64,000 nucleotides of DNA from Candidatus Heimdallarchaeota archaeon (GCA_019057815.1 JAHLWR010000014.1:48690-112689); one strand, 5' to 3'; counted from the stretch's first letter, positions 11,038 through 21,429 are shown. Notes: generated by a model not told the origin, from the sequence alone. Numbers and translations: made by a program.

Positions 11038-12486
11038 TTAAATTTTAATTGTCTTCCAGAACTTTTTAGCTGATTTATTGCCACCATATCCAAGTAATTT
11101 TCCTACGTATGGCCAGATAGGATTAAGAAAAGGAAGATACATTACAATCCAATTAGCAATCTTATGAGGAAGTGTAGGAACATGATTATACTCACAATCA
11201 GAGATACATCTAGAACAGTCTCCACCATTGTCTAACCAGAACATATAACATGTTTCTACATTGATATACCATTTCTTGATACCAGGATTATTGCTCATAC
11301 TATAGGTTTTGTATGAGGGCTCTTTATCAAATGGAATAGAAGCACTTGGGCATTTTTCAGCACATGTCATGCAAGTTTTACAGAACTTCTCTACAGATTT
11401 AGCGAATTTATAATCTGCTTTATCTGGAACCAAAGGTAAGTCAGTTAATATTTTTGCTATCCTAATTCTAGGACCATATTCTCTTGTAATCAACAATCCA
11501 TGGCGACCATAACCCCCGAGTCCAGCTTCTACAGCTAGAGGTACTGACAAACCTAGACTGTTACCAGCTGGGATAGCTTCATAACCTAGATTTTTAAGAA
11601 AACTTGATAATAGTGTTCTTACAAAAGCTATTTTCGAGTATCCTAGACCTGTTGCAATACCTGAGGGCATCTTTGGTGCAGTGTTTATCGCTCCTTGATC
11701 CATTTCAATTGCTATAACAATAGCGTATTGAATCTTTTCAGGGATGACATAAGATCTATCCAGTCGATCATTTGTATAAATCCACTTTGGATCAAATTTA
11801 GCTATTCCAATCAAATCTGCACCATAAAACTTAGCAATCTTTTTCAGCCATTGAGTCATTATCTTAGGGTCTTCAATATCATATTTGGCTGGTTTTTGAA
11901 CATCATAATTAACCTGCTTAACATTATTTTTTGCTTTTTCTTCCTCCAATTTCTTCTTATCCTCTTCTGTTAAAGTTAGTTTTCTATCATTATGGAATTC
12001 TCTCATAGAAACTAAATTTTCTATTGTCCAAGCGGCATCAACAGCTGCAAGTTCAATTTCAGAATAGCCATCTAATCCCATGGCTGCTTTTTCTTTAGCT
12101 TTTCCAAAGATTGGTTTCTTGTAACCATCAAAACTTTCATCCCACATTCTTCGACTGAAAATAGTATTTTTTTCATTAAATCTTTGAAAAATCTCTTCAT
12201 CTATCTCAAAAGGTTGTTTTTCTTTTTTCCAATCTTTATTCTTCGTTTTTAACTTTAATTTACCTGGAATAATCTTCTTCTTATCACTTCTCTTTACTTC
12301 TATTGCATCAAATGGACAGACATAGACACACTGTAAACAGTTGATACAATTGCTTTTTATGATTACAGCAGTGTTTTTCTCTATTTTAACCGCTATTTTA
12401 CCCCTCTTGTTCTGAGGACAAATATCAACACATTCTTGTTTACATTGAGTTGGTTTACATCTATCAGATAGATTAAGAATTTCCAT
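11038..12486 (-). CDS. rdhA: Reductive dehalogenase-family (RdhA-like) corrinoid/Fe-S protein with an N-terminal 2x[4Fe-4S] domain
   Basis: AKFYGADLIGIA, AGLGGYGRHGLLITREYGPRIRI, ILTDLPLVPD, FCKTCMTCAEKCP and KKW...C..FW....DCSRCISDC; N-terminal CKPTQCKQEC...CP plus CINCLQCVYVCP. Confidence 0.85.
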   Translation of the reverse strand: MEILNLSDRCKPTQCKQECVDICPQNKRGKIAVKIEKNTAVIIKSNCINCLQCVYVCPFDAIEVKRSDKKKIIPGKLKLKTKNKDWKKEKQPFEIDEEIFQRFNEKNTIFSRRMWDESFDGYKKPIFGKAKEKAAMGLDGYSEIELAAVDAAWTIENLVSMREFHNDRKLTLTEEDKKKLEEEKAKNNVKQVNYDVQKPAKYDIEDPKIMTQWLKKIAKFYGADLIGIAKFDPKWIYTNDRLDRSYVIPEKIQYAIVIAIEMDQGAINTAPKMPSGIATGLGYSKIAFVRTLLSSFLKNLGYEAIPAGNSLGLSVPLAVEAGLGGYGRHGLLITREYGPRIRIAKILTDLPLVPDKADYKFAKSVEKFCKTCMTCAEKCPSASIPFDKEPSYKTYSMSNNPGIKKWYINVETCYMFWLDNGGDCSRCISDCEYNHVPTLPHKIANWIVMYLPFLNPIWPYVGKLLGYGGNKSAKKFWKTIKI

Positions 12487-12561
12487 TAGTCTGAAAACTG
12501 TGTATCATGCTAAAAATTTTTTGTAACGAGGATAAGTTTTGTGAAAATTCTCTGTAAGTTT

Positions 12562-14016
12562 TTATTTCATCTTTTTAGAAATCAAATAATTATTACCCCG
12601 TTGTACTATTTTCCCTTTGTTTAATAATATTTTAAGATCTGTTTCCAGGATATTAGAAGCATATCTCTTGTAGCGCTCTGGTAAATCTTTTTCTGTAATT
12701 TCAAGTAAATCTTGATTTGAATTGATACCTTGTTTGATTGCTTTATAAAGAATTTTAGTTCTGTGTTTAATGTTTTTCTTGTTTGCTTTAATATTTTTCT
12801 TGACATTATCCAAAATTCCTCCTTCGCCAGGAAGACCATATTTAACATGTAAAGATAATATTTTCTCTAAGCTTTGAACATAGCAAGTTGCTGAACCCTT
12901 TTTATGATCAATCAAACATACAGTTTCTTTTAACAGAATTCCTCCAACGAACAAAATCTTCCTTGTGTCATAAAATCCTAGTAAACCTTCTGTATGACCT
13001 GGAAGGGATATAACTTCAATTCCCCATTCTTTTTTAAAGAGAGATTTATGGCCTATTGATTTATAATCTCCCAATTTGATAAAATCTCCGTTTTTTAAAG
13101 TTTGAGCGACCTTAATTCCTTTTTCTTCTAGAATTTTTGCTGTATTATCAGAAGCATAAATCGGTATGTTATATTTTTCTTTAAGATATTTAGCAAAATT
13201 ACAATTAGATTCATGATGATGACTAACAAGAATACCTTCAATTGACATAATGTTGTTTTGAACATATTCCTCCAAATTTGATAAGGCTTTAAGATCCTCA
13301 GCTCCTGGGTCTAGAATATATTTTCTTTTATCTCCAATAACATAGATGTTTGAAACTGAGACTTTAATATGAGTCAAGCCTGGAACAGTGAATCTTAGAA
13401 TATGGGGAAAAACGTAAGTTTGAATATGGTTCTGAGCACTTTGTTCTGTTTGAGTGTGTGAGATTTCAGTGATGTTGAAGTCTTTATCTCTATAAGTTTC
13501 TATTAAATGAACAACAAAAGGGCTGAAAATTTTAGATATTCTATTAAATTCCTTTTCAATGCTTTTTAACGAGAACCATTTAAATTTGGGAATCGGTTTA
13601 TCTTTTTTCATTTTCATATTAAAAGGCGCTAATATACTATAACTTTGAATCTCATATTTTCTAGAACCCTCAAGATGTGTGATATTACAACAAGGAATTA
13701 TTAGATGTAACATGTTACTTATCATCAATGTATCAGCTACAAGAATATGACTGTAAACCTCTTCATGCTTCTTTTCTAGAGTAGACTTATGGAAAGAGTA
13801 AAAAAGAGTCTTTTGAACAAGAAGACGAATTACACTCAGTCTATTGAGTAGATCTGTGATAATATCTCCTTCTTTTCCTCGTATTTTTTTAGTGAGGATA
13901 ATGTCTTCTTCAGTTATAAAATCAGTAAACTTCTGCCAAATCTTAGGACCAGAAAAAAAGGGATAATGACCTTTAATTAACAGAAATTCAGTATTCCCTT
14001 CCTTAATCGAAAACAA
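12562..14016 (-). CDS. Degenerate NUDIX-like + metallo-beta-lactamase (LACTB2-like) + winged-helix fusion, probably catalytically inactive
   Basis: YILDPG, ILVSHHHESNC (canonical THxHxDH), LPGHT, LFVGG (canonical GD) and LPGEG (canonical PGHG). Confidence 0.65.
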   Translation of the reverse strand: MFSIKEGNTEFLLIKGHYPFFSGPKIWQKFTDFITEEDIILTKKIRGKEGDIITDLLNRLSVIRLLVQKTLFYSFHKSTLEKKHEEVYSHILVADTLMISNMLHLIIPCCNITHLEGSRKYEIQSYSILAPFNMKMKKDKPIPKFKWFSLKSIEKEFNRISKIFSPFVVHLIETYRDKDFNITEISHTQTEQSAQNHIQTYVFPHILRFTVPGLTHIKVSVSNIYVIGDKRKYILDPGAEDLKALSNLEEYVQNNIMSIEGILVSHHHESNCNFAKYLKEKYNIPIYASDNTAKILEEKGIKVAQTLKNGDFIKLGDYKSIGHKSLFKKEWGIEVISLPGHTEGLLGFYDTRKILFVGGILLKETVCLIDHKKGSATCYVQSLEKILSLHVKYGLPGEGGILDNVKKNIKANKKNIKHRTKILYKAIKQGINSNQDLLEITEKDLPERYKRYASNILETDLKILLNKGKIVQRGNNYLISKKMK

Positions 14017-14098
14017 ATAATCCCAATTCCTTTTTGAACATTCATTCGTTTACTCAACTTTTCGAGATATTTTATTCAACAATGTGAAGAGATATATT

Positions 14099-15526
14099 CT
14101 ATATAAGCTCAACATCATGACTTGTAGATTCTTTCCTACCTGCAGCGGTGATTTGGATGAATTCAGCATTTTTCTGCATTTCTTCAAGGTTTTTTGCACC
14201 ACAATAACTCATCCCTGAACGAAGTCCACCAACAAGTTGGAAGATTACTTCAGTAGCTGTTCCGCGGTAGGGTACCATAGCTTCGACACCTTCAGGGACA
14301 ACAGAACCATAATCTAGTTCATCAAATGAACCCTTTTTCTCTCTGGATTCTCTTCCAATAGTTGCACCTAAAGAAGCCATACCTCTAACAACTTTGTATC
14401 GCTGTCCATGTCTAAGAATTGGTACTCCAGGACTCTCTTCTGTTCCAGCAAGTAGACCCCCAATCATAACAGTGGATGCTCCAGCAGCAATAGCTTTAGT
14501 TATGTCACCAGACGTTCTAATCCCGCCATCAGAGATTAGAGGAATATTATGTTCTTTAGCTACTTTTGCACAATCTATTATAGCAGTTAACTGAGGAACA
14601 CCGCTTCCAGCTACCAATCTTGTTATACAGATCGAACCACTTCCAACACCTACTTTGATAGAATCACATCCTGCTTCAATTAACTCCAGAGTTCCATCAC
14701 CAGTTGCTACATTTCCAGCTATTAGCTCTATATCACCAAAAATCTTACGAATTTCTTTAATTGTGTCAAGGGTCAGAATAGAATGTCCATGAGCGATATC
14801 AATAACTAGCGCATCTACATCTGCGTTGATGAGTGCTTCAGCTCTTTGGATATAATCACCACGTACTCCTATTGCTGCACCAACTAATAGTCTCCCTTTT
14901 GCATCTTTAGAAGAATCAGGTAAAATTTTACTTTTAATAATGTCTTTTGATGTAATTAATCCTCTTAATTTCTTGTTTGAATCAACTAAAGGCAGTTTTT
15001 CTATTCTATTTTTTTGTAAAATTACTTTAGCCTCTTCAATTGATATAGAAGGATCAGCTGTTATAAGGTCTGTAGACATTAATTCTGAGATTTTCATATC
15101 GCCATTTTCTCCAAAAACAATGTCTCTATTGGTAAGTATTCCGACAAGGTTATCCCCGTTATCTGTGACTAAAATCCCAGAGATACCCTTCTCTTCCATT
15201 AATTTCTTAGCAACCTGCAATGTATGAGAAGGAGTTAAACAATAGGGGGAGTCAATTCTAATCATTTCAGAACGCTTAACTTTGTTGACTTCTTCAACTT
15301 GATCGGGAACACTCATAAACCTGTGAATTATCCCTATTCCTCCTTGTTGAGCACAGACAATAGCCATCTTGTGCTCACATACTGTATCCATATTAGCAGC
15401 AACAATAGGGATATTTAGTTTAATATTTCTTGAAAGCTTTGTAGAAGTAACAACATCTTTTCTAGAAGTAACATAAGACTTCTTAGGAACAAGAAGAACA
15501 TCATCAAAAGTGTATGCCTTTTTCAT
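14099..15526 (-). CDS. guaB: IMP dehydrogenase with CBS pair
   Basis: [46 protein letters not shown] and VPEGVE. Confidence 0.97.
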   Translation of the reverse strand: MKKAYTFDDVLLVPKKSYVTSRKDVVTSTKLSRNIKLNIPIVAANMDTVCEHKMAIVCAQQGGIGIIHRFMSVPDQVEEVNKVKRSEMIRIDSPYCLTPSHTLQVAKKLMEEKGISGILVTDNGDNLVGILTNRDIVFGENGDMKISELMSTDLITADPSISIEEAKVILQKNRIEKLPLVDSNKKLRGLITSKDIIKSKILPDSSKDAKGRLLVGAAIGVRGDYIQRAEALINADVDALVIDIAHGHSILTLDTIKEIRKIFGDIELIAGNVATGDGTLELIEAGCDSIKVGVGSGSICITRLVAGSGVPQLTAIIDCAKVAKEHNIPLISDGGIRTSGDITKAIAAGASTVMIGGLLAGTEESPGVPILRHGQRYKVVRGMASLGATIGRESREKKGSFDELDYGSVVPEGVEAMVPYRGTATEVIFQLVGGLRSGMSYCGAKNLEEMQKNAEFIQITAAGRKESTSHDVELI

Positions 15527-15713
15527 AACCTTTCGTCAACTTTGATTCTGAGCTGTTTATAAAGTTTTTAGTAAAGTTTCTAGTTCGAATTATGGAGAGG
15601 TGAGCAAAATTTTTAGAATTTAGCATAAAAAGAACAAATGCAAGTCTATCCTTTTTACAATAAATTTTTAAAAAGCATAATAATTTGGTATTACGTAATA
15701 GGAGAAGTATAAG

Positions 15714-16670
15714 ATGAAGAGATATTTAGTTACTGGTTCATATGGGCAAATAGGACAGGCTTTAATCCCAGCTATGTTAGAAAGATATGGAAAAGAAAAT
15801 GTTGTTGCTACAGGTAGAAAAAAGAAAATTCCTCTTTTTAAAGAACATGACGTTATATATCATAGATTAGATGTTAGAGATCAATTCGGTTTGAGATCCT
15901 TAATAGTGGAATATGACATTGACATCGTAATTCATAATGCTTCAGTTCTTTCAGCTACTGGTGAAAAAAACCCACAATTAGCTCATTCTATTAACTTTGA
16001 GGGTTTCTATAATGTTCTAGAAGCAACAAGAGAGCTAAATCTAGAGCAATTGTTTGCACCTTCTTCAATTGCAGTATTTGGTCCCTCGACACCTTTAGAA
16101 AACACACCAAATAATACAATAATGCGTCCAACAACAATTTACGGGATTTCAAAAGTATATTCTGAGTTAATGGGAGAATATTATAACCAGAAATATGGAA
16201 TCAACTTCAGAAGTTTAAGGTATCCTGGTGTCCTATCTCCAGATGAACCAGGTGGAGGAACTACTGATTATGCTATATGGATCTTTTACGAAGCACTGAA
16301 AACAAAAATGTACAAATGCTTCCTAGGTCCTGATGTCAGACTACCTATGATGCTTATGAGTGATTGCCTAAAATCTACTTTTGATCTATTGGAAGCTGAT
16401 GACTCCAAACTTACGGATCGCTCATTCAATGTTACAGCTATGAGCTTTACTCCAGAAGAACTAGCAGCTGAAATCAAAAAGTATATTCCTGATTTTAACA
16501 TAGTTTATGAAACTGATTTCAGGGATAAAATAGCCCGATCATGGCCTCAATCATTGGATGACGATGAAGCACGAAAACAGTGGGGTTGGGAACCAGAATT
16601 TAAATTCGAGAAGATGGTAGAAGTAATGATTGAAGGAATAAGTCAAAAATTGGGAATAGACTATAAGTAA
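15714..16670 (+). CDS. SDR-type L-threonine 3-dehydrogenase (NAD-dependent epimerase family)
   Basis: TGSYGQIG, LSATGE, PSSIAVFG, YGISK, PGGGTTDYA and IARSWP. Confidence 0.85.
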   Translation: MKRYLVTGSYGQIGQALIPAMLERYGKENVVATGRKKKIPLFKEHDVIYHRLDVRDQFGLRSLIVEYDIDIVIHNASVLSATGEKNPQLAHSINFEGFYNVLEATRELNLEQLFAPSSIAVFGPSTPLENTPNNTIMRPTTIYGISKVYSELMGEYYNQKYGINFRSLRYPGVLSPDEPGGGTTDYAIWIFYEALKTKMYKCFLGPDVRLPMMLMSDCLKSTFDLLEADDSKLTDRSFNVTAMSFTPEELAAEIKKYIPDFNIVYETDFRDKIARSWPQSLDDDEARKQWGWEPEFKFEKMVEVMIEGISQKLGIDYK

Positions 16671-16796
16671 AATGAAGCTTAAAGCCTTTATTTCTTTTTA
16701 AACCTTTATCAATTTTGTCATTTTATTGATTTTATTTATTACTAATTAATGACACTGCACAAACTTAATAAAATATTTATCTAATTAAATATTAAG

Positions 16797-17747
16797 TTGG
16801 GCTCGAGTAATGGTGAAGAAGTACTTTCCAAAGATAAAAGAGGTATCCCTTTAGTTATTGCTGGATTACCTCAAGCTGGAAAAACTACTTTTGTTCAAAG
16901 ACTTATAACAGGTAAATTCAATAAACCAAGTGCCACAATGGGAGTAAATTTCGAAACTATAAAAATAGGAGGTATAAAATTCGATGTTTTTGATTTAGGA
17001 GGACATCAGACTTTTCGAGATACCATCTGGACAAATTATATCAAAATGGCTTATGGGTTTATTTTTATTATTGATTCATCTGATACTGATAATTTCAGTT
17101 TAGCAAAAAAAGAATTCTGGAGATGTGTTGATCTTAAAGAAGAAGATGAAGAATTTTTGATACTTTTTATCTGCAATAAATCCGATCTTACAGAGAGCGA
17201 GAGTTTAGAAACTATAATTAATGAATTAGAACTATACAAACTTTCTGAAAAAATAAATGCTTCTTACTATTTCATTAAAACAAGTATGAAAACTGGAGAA
17301 AATGTCAATGAATCTTTAAACTGGTTACAAAACAATTCACAAAAAATAGCTTCAAATAAAAGGATCACCCCCTTAATGTTCTCATTAACTGAAACTAATG
17401 GTTTACCAATTATAGAACTCGATAGAATAGGATTAAAAGAAGATCCTTCCTTGATTTCAGGATTCTTGTCTGCAATTAATAGTTTCAGTCAACAATTATT
17501 CAAAAAAAATAATTCTCTTCAATACTTTGTATCAGGAGCTTATAAGTACGTTTTAACTTCAAATGAAGAGTATATTTTCTCGCTAATTATCCCAAATAAT
17601 GAACAACACGAAGAAGCGAGAAGAATCTTAGATTTAATCCAAGACTATATTAGAAATGTGAAAAATTCTACTGATTTGGAAGGGTTCCTTTTCGATATCC
17701 TAAAAATTGACCCCTCAAACTACAAGATAACAAGTGCTTTCAAGTAA
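16797..17747 (+). CDS. Arf/Sar-like small GTPase fused to a C-terminal longin-like domain
   Basis: GLPQAGKTT, TMGVN, DLGGH, NKSD and TSMKTG; C-terminal NGLPII...DPSLISGFLSAINSF. Confidence 0.88.
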   Translation: MGSSNGEEVLSKDKRGIPLVIAGLPQAGKTTFVQRLITGKFNKPSATMGVNFETIKIGGIKFDVFDLGGHQTFRDTIWTNYIKMAYGFIFIIDSSDTDNFSLAKKEFWRCVDLKEEDEEFLILFICNKSDLTESESLETIINELELYKLSEKINASYYFIKTSMKTGENVNESLNWLQNNSQKIASNKRITPLMFSLTETNGLPIIELDRIGLKEDPSLISGFLSAINSFSQQLFKKNNSLQYFVSGAYKYVLTSNEEYIFSLIIPNNEQHEEARRILDLIQDYIRNVKNSTDLEGFLFDILKIDPSNYKITSAFK

Positions 17748-17832
17748 ATCGACTCAAAATAAGTTAGCTTCATTACATTTTTTATTAAGAGCTATTTGGG
17801 AAAATACTTAAAGTCTAAGTGAGATTTTACAT

Positions 17833-19212
17833 ATGGTTGAGCATTTTTTCTATCCTAAAACCATTGCGATTATAGGAGCTACAGAAGATTCAAAGAAGTT
17901 TGGAAACGCAGTAACTATCAACTTATTAGAGAATGAATCCCTAAAGAGTGAAATATTCCCAGTTAACCCTAAATCAGAAATTATCTGTAATCTCAAATCA
18001 TACCCAAGTGTTCTAGAGATTCCAAAAGAAATTGACTTAGCTATTATTCTAGTTCCTAGTAAGGTTGTTTCTTTCGTAGTAAATCAATGTATAGAAAAAA
18101 AAGTTAAGAGATTGATTATCGTTTCAGCTGGTTTTGGTGAAATAAATGAAGAAGGTAAAAATGTTCAAGATACGATAGCTAAAAAGTGCAAAGAAGCTGA
18201 TATTAGAGTAATGGGTCCCAACTGTGTTGGTATCCAGAATCTGGACATTGGTATGAATGCTTCATTTATTCAGACACCATTAAAAGGAAATGTATCTATG
18301 ATTACTCAATCTGGCTCATTCGGTGCAGCTTGTTTATATGAGATGGATTGGCAAGGATTAGGTTTTTCAAAGTTTGTAAACCTAGGAAACATGATTGATG
18401 TCAACTATACAGACATATTAGAATATATGAAAGATGACAATAATAGTGAAGTTGTTTGCATTTACCTTGAGAATGTAGTTGATGGTAGGAAATTTTATTC
18501 TAAATTGAAGGAAGTAGCAAAAATAAAACCAACAGTTGTACTTAAAGGTGGTAGAACGATTTCAGGTATGAAAAGTGCTTCAAGCCATACTGGATCGATG
18601 GCTACCAGTTATTCTTCTCTCAAAACAGCTGTTAAACAAGCTGGAGCTATAATGTGTGAGAATCTACCAGACTATATAGCCGCTATCAAAGCTTTCGCAT
18701 TACTTCCAATTCCTGAAGGAGAAAAAATAGCTGTTCTATCAAATAGTGGTGGGAGTGCTGTTTTATTTAGCGATAACGCTGAAGAATATGGACTAGAACT
18801 TGCAGAATTTAGTGAAGAATTAAAGCAGAAAATAGATCCTTTTCTAATTTCTTTAGTTAAGAAAGTGAATCCCCTGGATATGATAGCTGGAGCTGCAGAG
18901 GAAGAATATTATCAAGTTACAAAAACAATGCTTGAAGATCCAAATATAGACATTGTAGTTCCATGTAGTGTTATTCCCACATTTCTCGGTATGCAACCTG
19001 ATGAACATTTCAAAGGTGTAATAAGAGCATGGAACGAAACAAGAAGGAAGAAACCTATGTTACCCCTTATGATGAGTGGAAATCTATTAAAACCGATTAA
19101 GGAAATAGCGAGAAAAGAAAAAGTACCTATCTTCTTATCACCTAAAGAAACAGCTTATGCTGCAAAAGTTTTAGTAGATTTAATGAGAAAAAGAAATCAC
19201 GACAAAATATAA
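17833..19212 (+). CDS. acdA: ADP-forming acyl-CoA synthetase alpha subunit
   Basis: IAIIGA, VSAGFGE, GPNCVG, QSG, SHTGS (phospho-His), NSGG and NPLD. Confidence 0.9.
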   Translation: MVEHFFYPKTIAIIGATEDSKKFGNAVTINLLENESLKSEIFPVNPKSEIICNLKSYPSVLEIPKEIDLAIILVPSKVVSFVVNQCIEKKVKRLIIVSAGFGEINEEGKNVQDTIAKKCKEADIRVMGPNCVGIQNLDIGMNASFIQTPLKGNVSMITQSGSFGAACLYEMDWQGLGFSKFVNLGNMIDVNYTDILEYMKDDNNSEVVCIYLENVVDGRKFYSKLKEVAKIKPTVVLKGGRTISGMKSASSHTGSMATSYSSLKTAVKQAGAIMCENLPDYIAAIKAFALLPIPEGEKIAVLSNSGGSAVLFSDNAEEYGLELAEFSEELKQKIDPFLISLVKKVNPLDMIAGAAEEEYYQVTKTMLEDPNIDIVVPCSVIPTFLGMQPDEHFKGVIRAWNETRRKKPMLPLMMSGNLLKPIKEIARKEKVPIFLSPKETAYAAKVLVDLMRKRNHDKI

Positions 19213-19439
19213 CTTTCTTCCAACATCTTCTTTATTTTCTCAGCATCTTGAATATATTTTGGGTAAGAATCGGTTCTATCTTCCAGATAATTATTAAGAT
19301 CGTCCATTTTCTTGATTTGACCTTTATCAATTAATCTAAGAGTGTTGAGAAGAAGAAGAAGGCTAATTTTTTCTCTTCTACACCTGTGAATCAAATTAAT
19401 CGACTTAGCAAAAAAATAAGAATTGTCGGATTTTTGCAT
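19197..19439 (-). CDS. Hypothetical protein (80 aa)
   Basis: ATG start, codirectional with the upstream small genes, convergent 16-nt overlap with acdA; no motif. Confidence 0.4.
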   Translation of the reverse strand: MQKSDNSYFFAKSINLIHRCRREKISLLLLLNTLRLIDKGQIKKMDDLNNYLEDRTDSYPKYIQDAEKIKKMLEESYILS

Positions 19440-19502
19440 TCTATCTAATCATTCTGAGATTCATATTTATACTTGTGTCACACCCATTTTATACAAGATG
19501 GT

Positions 19503-19769
19503 TTAGGATGTTTGAATAGCTTTTTTAGAAAGAATTCTTAAAAAAATGTAATGATATAATGCATATGAAAAAATAAGAAACAAGAAAACTATACCCCAAA
19601 TTTCAGGAACCCATGCAACTGTTTTCTTTTCAATGAACCTTAAAAATAATACAATACCCAGAGATACTATCAACATAGCAAAACTTGCTAGGGTTGAAAC
19701 TAACCAAATACTAATTTTCGGTTCTTCGTTCATTTCTTCCACTCTCTGGAGAATCGATTTTCTCTTCAT
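19503..19769 (-). CDS. Small two-TM membrane protein
   Basis: Two hydrophobic helices; overlaps the upstream ORF. Confidence 0.7.
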   Translation of the reverse strand: MKRKSILQRVEEMNEEPKISIWLVSTLASFAMLIVSLGIVLFLRFIEKKTVAWVPEIWGIVFLFLIFSYALYHYIFLRILSKKAIQTS

Positions 19770-20025
19770 TTTCTTTTCCTTCTGGGGTTATTGAAGTTAT
19801 TAAACTTTCCAGAGGAGGAGCAACTATTCTGGGCTTAAAAAGTTTGTAAATTGAATGAATTACTAGACCAATAGAAGCTAAACAGACAATAATTGATACT
19901 ATCCAGAATGCCAAGTTGTTAGTATAAGCAGCTAGAACTAAAATTCCTACTAGTAAACCTAATAAAAATATTAAATAAATGACTATTGTTTTTTTCTTAG
20001 TTTTTGGTGAATACTTAACTAACAC
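19711..20025 (-). CDS. Small two-TM membrane protein with charged C-terminal tail
   Basis: Two hydrophobic helices; AGGTGAT ribosome-binding site upstream. Confidence 0.75.
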   Translation of the reverse strand: MLVKYSPKTKKKTIVIYLIFLLGLLVGILVLAAYTNNLAFWIVSIIVCLASIGLVIHSIYKLFKPRIVAPPLESLITSITPEGKENEEKIDSPESGRNERRTEN

Positions 20026-20033
20026 AATATCAC

Positions 20034-20333
20034 CTATTTCCGAATCTGACTTTCTTTCAAATCGTTTTCTCGTTCTTTTTGAATCAACATCGAAATAAGA
20101 TTAATTGAGATATAAAGAAGAACTGCAAAGAATAACCAACCAAAAAGACCCCAAATAGAGTATATTCCTATACTTTGCCATTTTCCAAAAATTATCGTAA
20201 AGAAGCTGATAATAATTACTGTACCAAATATGAAGATAGAACCTATAAGTATAATCTTCCCATACAAAGTCTGCTTTTTAAAATAGAAGATTTTTTTGAG
20301 TCGTTTTTGCTCTTCTTTATCTTCAGAACTCAT
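20034..20333 (-). CDS. Small two-TM membrane protein
   Basis: Two hydrophobic helices flanked by charged termini. Confidence 0.75.
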   Translation of the reverse strand: MSSEDKEEQKRLKKIFYFKKQTLYGKIILIGSIFIFGTVIIISFFTIIFGKWQSIGIYSIWGLFGWLFFAVLLYISINLISMLIQKERENDLKESQIRK

Positions 20334-20421
20334 TGAATTTTACCTACAACATGCTATTATAAACATTTTCTGTTAAGCTTTTTACAAAAATTAATGGATA
20401 AAAAGAACAACACAAAATTCT

Positions 20422-21429
20422 TTATGTTTGAAGTTTATTAAGTAGTTCGAACAAAATCATTTGTTTTTCGAAAGGCAATGAATCTTTTGAATGAGTTTTA
20501 AGATTGAGAGATTTAAACGCTTGAAAAATCCAGTCTAATTCTGACCTTAAGAAACTATAAGCTTCCATTGCTGTGAGTCCTGCGAGAGGTTTTGCTATTT
20601 CCTTGAAATAAGAAGAAGATCTACCCCCAAAGACAACCCCTTCGTCAACATTGACTACAACAAGATTGTGACCTGGTATAACGTTTTGAATATCATTAGT
20701 TCCAATTATATCATAACCCATTTCTAAGGTTTTTAACCAGAATTTAACCTTGAGAATACGTGTAGGGGATAACAACCGCAAAGAATGTATCATGGGTTCG
20801 ACTATACTTCGAGTTCCTGAAACTATCAAGGGTATTCCTACAACTAGTCCATATAAGATTCTATCTAAACCTTCAGGTATCAATCGACAAATAACTTCGT
20901 ACGAAAGAAATTCTTTTGACCCTTCTAAAACGCTATCTTTAGCTACATTCTTTAGTTTAATAAGTGAATCAAAATCTGTTAAATCTGTTTTTTCAAACAC
21001 ATTCATCATGTTTTTTTGAATATTAGAAAGGTAGTTTGCTAAGGAACCTTTTATTTTTAGGTTTATTTCATTATGGTACTTTAAAGCTTGATGAAAAGAA
21101 AATTGATGCTTTTCTTGAACTTGCTTGAATTCAGCCAGAAGTATTGGAAGTATAGTCCCATTAAAGGGAGAGTCTATATCTACTAGCAATGCAGCTATAA
21201 GCTCATTTTCTATATAGAAATAGAGCATTTTACCTTCGAATTCAATCTCACGTGGAAATGAAAAAACTACTTCACTGCTTAGAGCTACAATAGCACTAAT
21301 TAGACCTGTTACTAAAGCATTATCAGGATGGTGTGCTTCAGTGAAACTATCATACTGGTAAAGTAGTTCACCATTCTTAGTAGTGATTAAGACCTTCATA
21401 TTTTCCACTTGATTTTGGCTGAAGCTCAT
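20422..21429 (-). CDS. Longin (uDENN)-like N-terminus + cDENN-like C-terminus (DENN/folliculin-like protein)
   Basis: VLITTKNGELLY...LVTGLISAIVALSSEV longin pattern; ILYGLVVGIPLIVSG...MIHSLRLLSP...YDIIG...VVVNVD alpha/beta pattern resembling cDENN. Confidence 0.6.
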   Translation of the reverse strand: MSFSQNQVENMKVLITTKNGELLYQYDSFTEAHHPDNALVTGLISAIVALSSEVVFSFPREIEFEGKMLYFYIENELIAALLVDIDSPFNGTILPILLAEFKQVQEKHQFSFHQALKYHNEINLKIKGSLANYLSNIQKNMMNVFEKTDLTDFDSLIKLKNVAKDSVLEGSKEFLSYEVICRLIPEGLDRILYGLVVGIPLIVSGTRSIVEPMIHSLRLLSPTRILKVKFWLKTLEMGYDIIGTNDIQNVIPGHNLVVVNVDEGVVFGGRSSSYFKEIAKPLAGLTAMEAYSFLRSELDWIFQAFKSLNLKTHSKDSLPFEKQMILFELLNKLQT

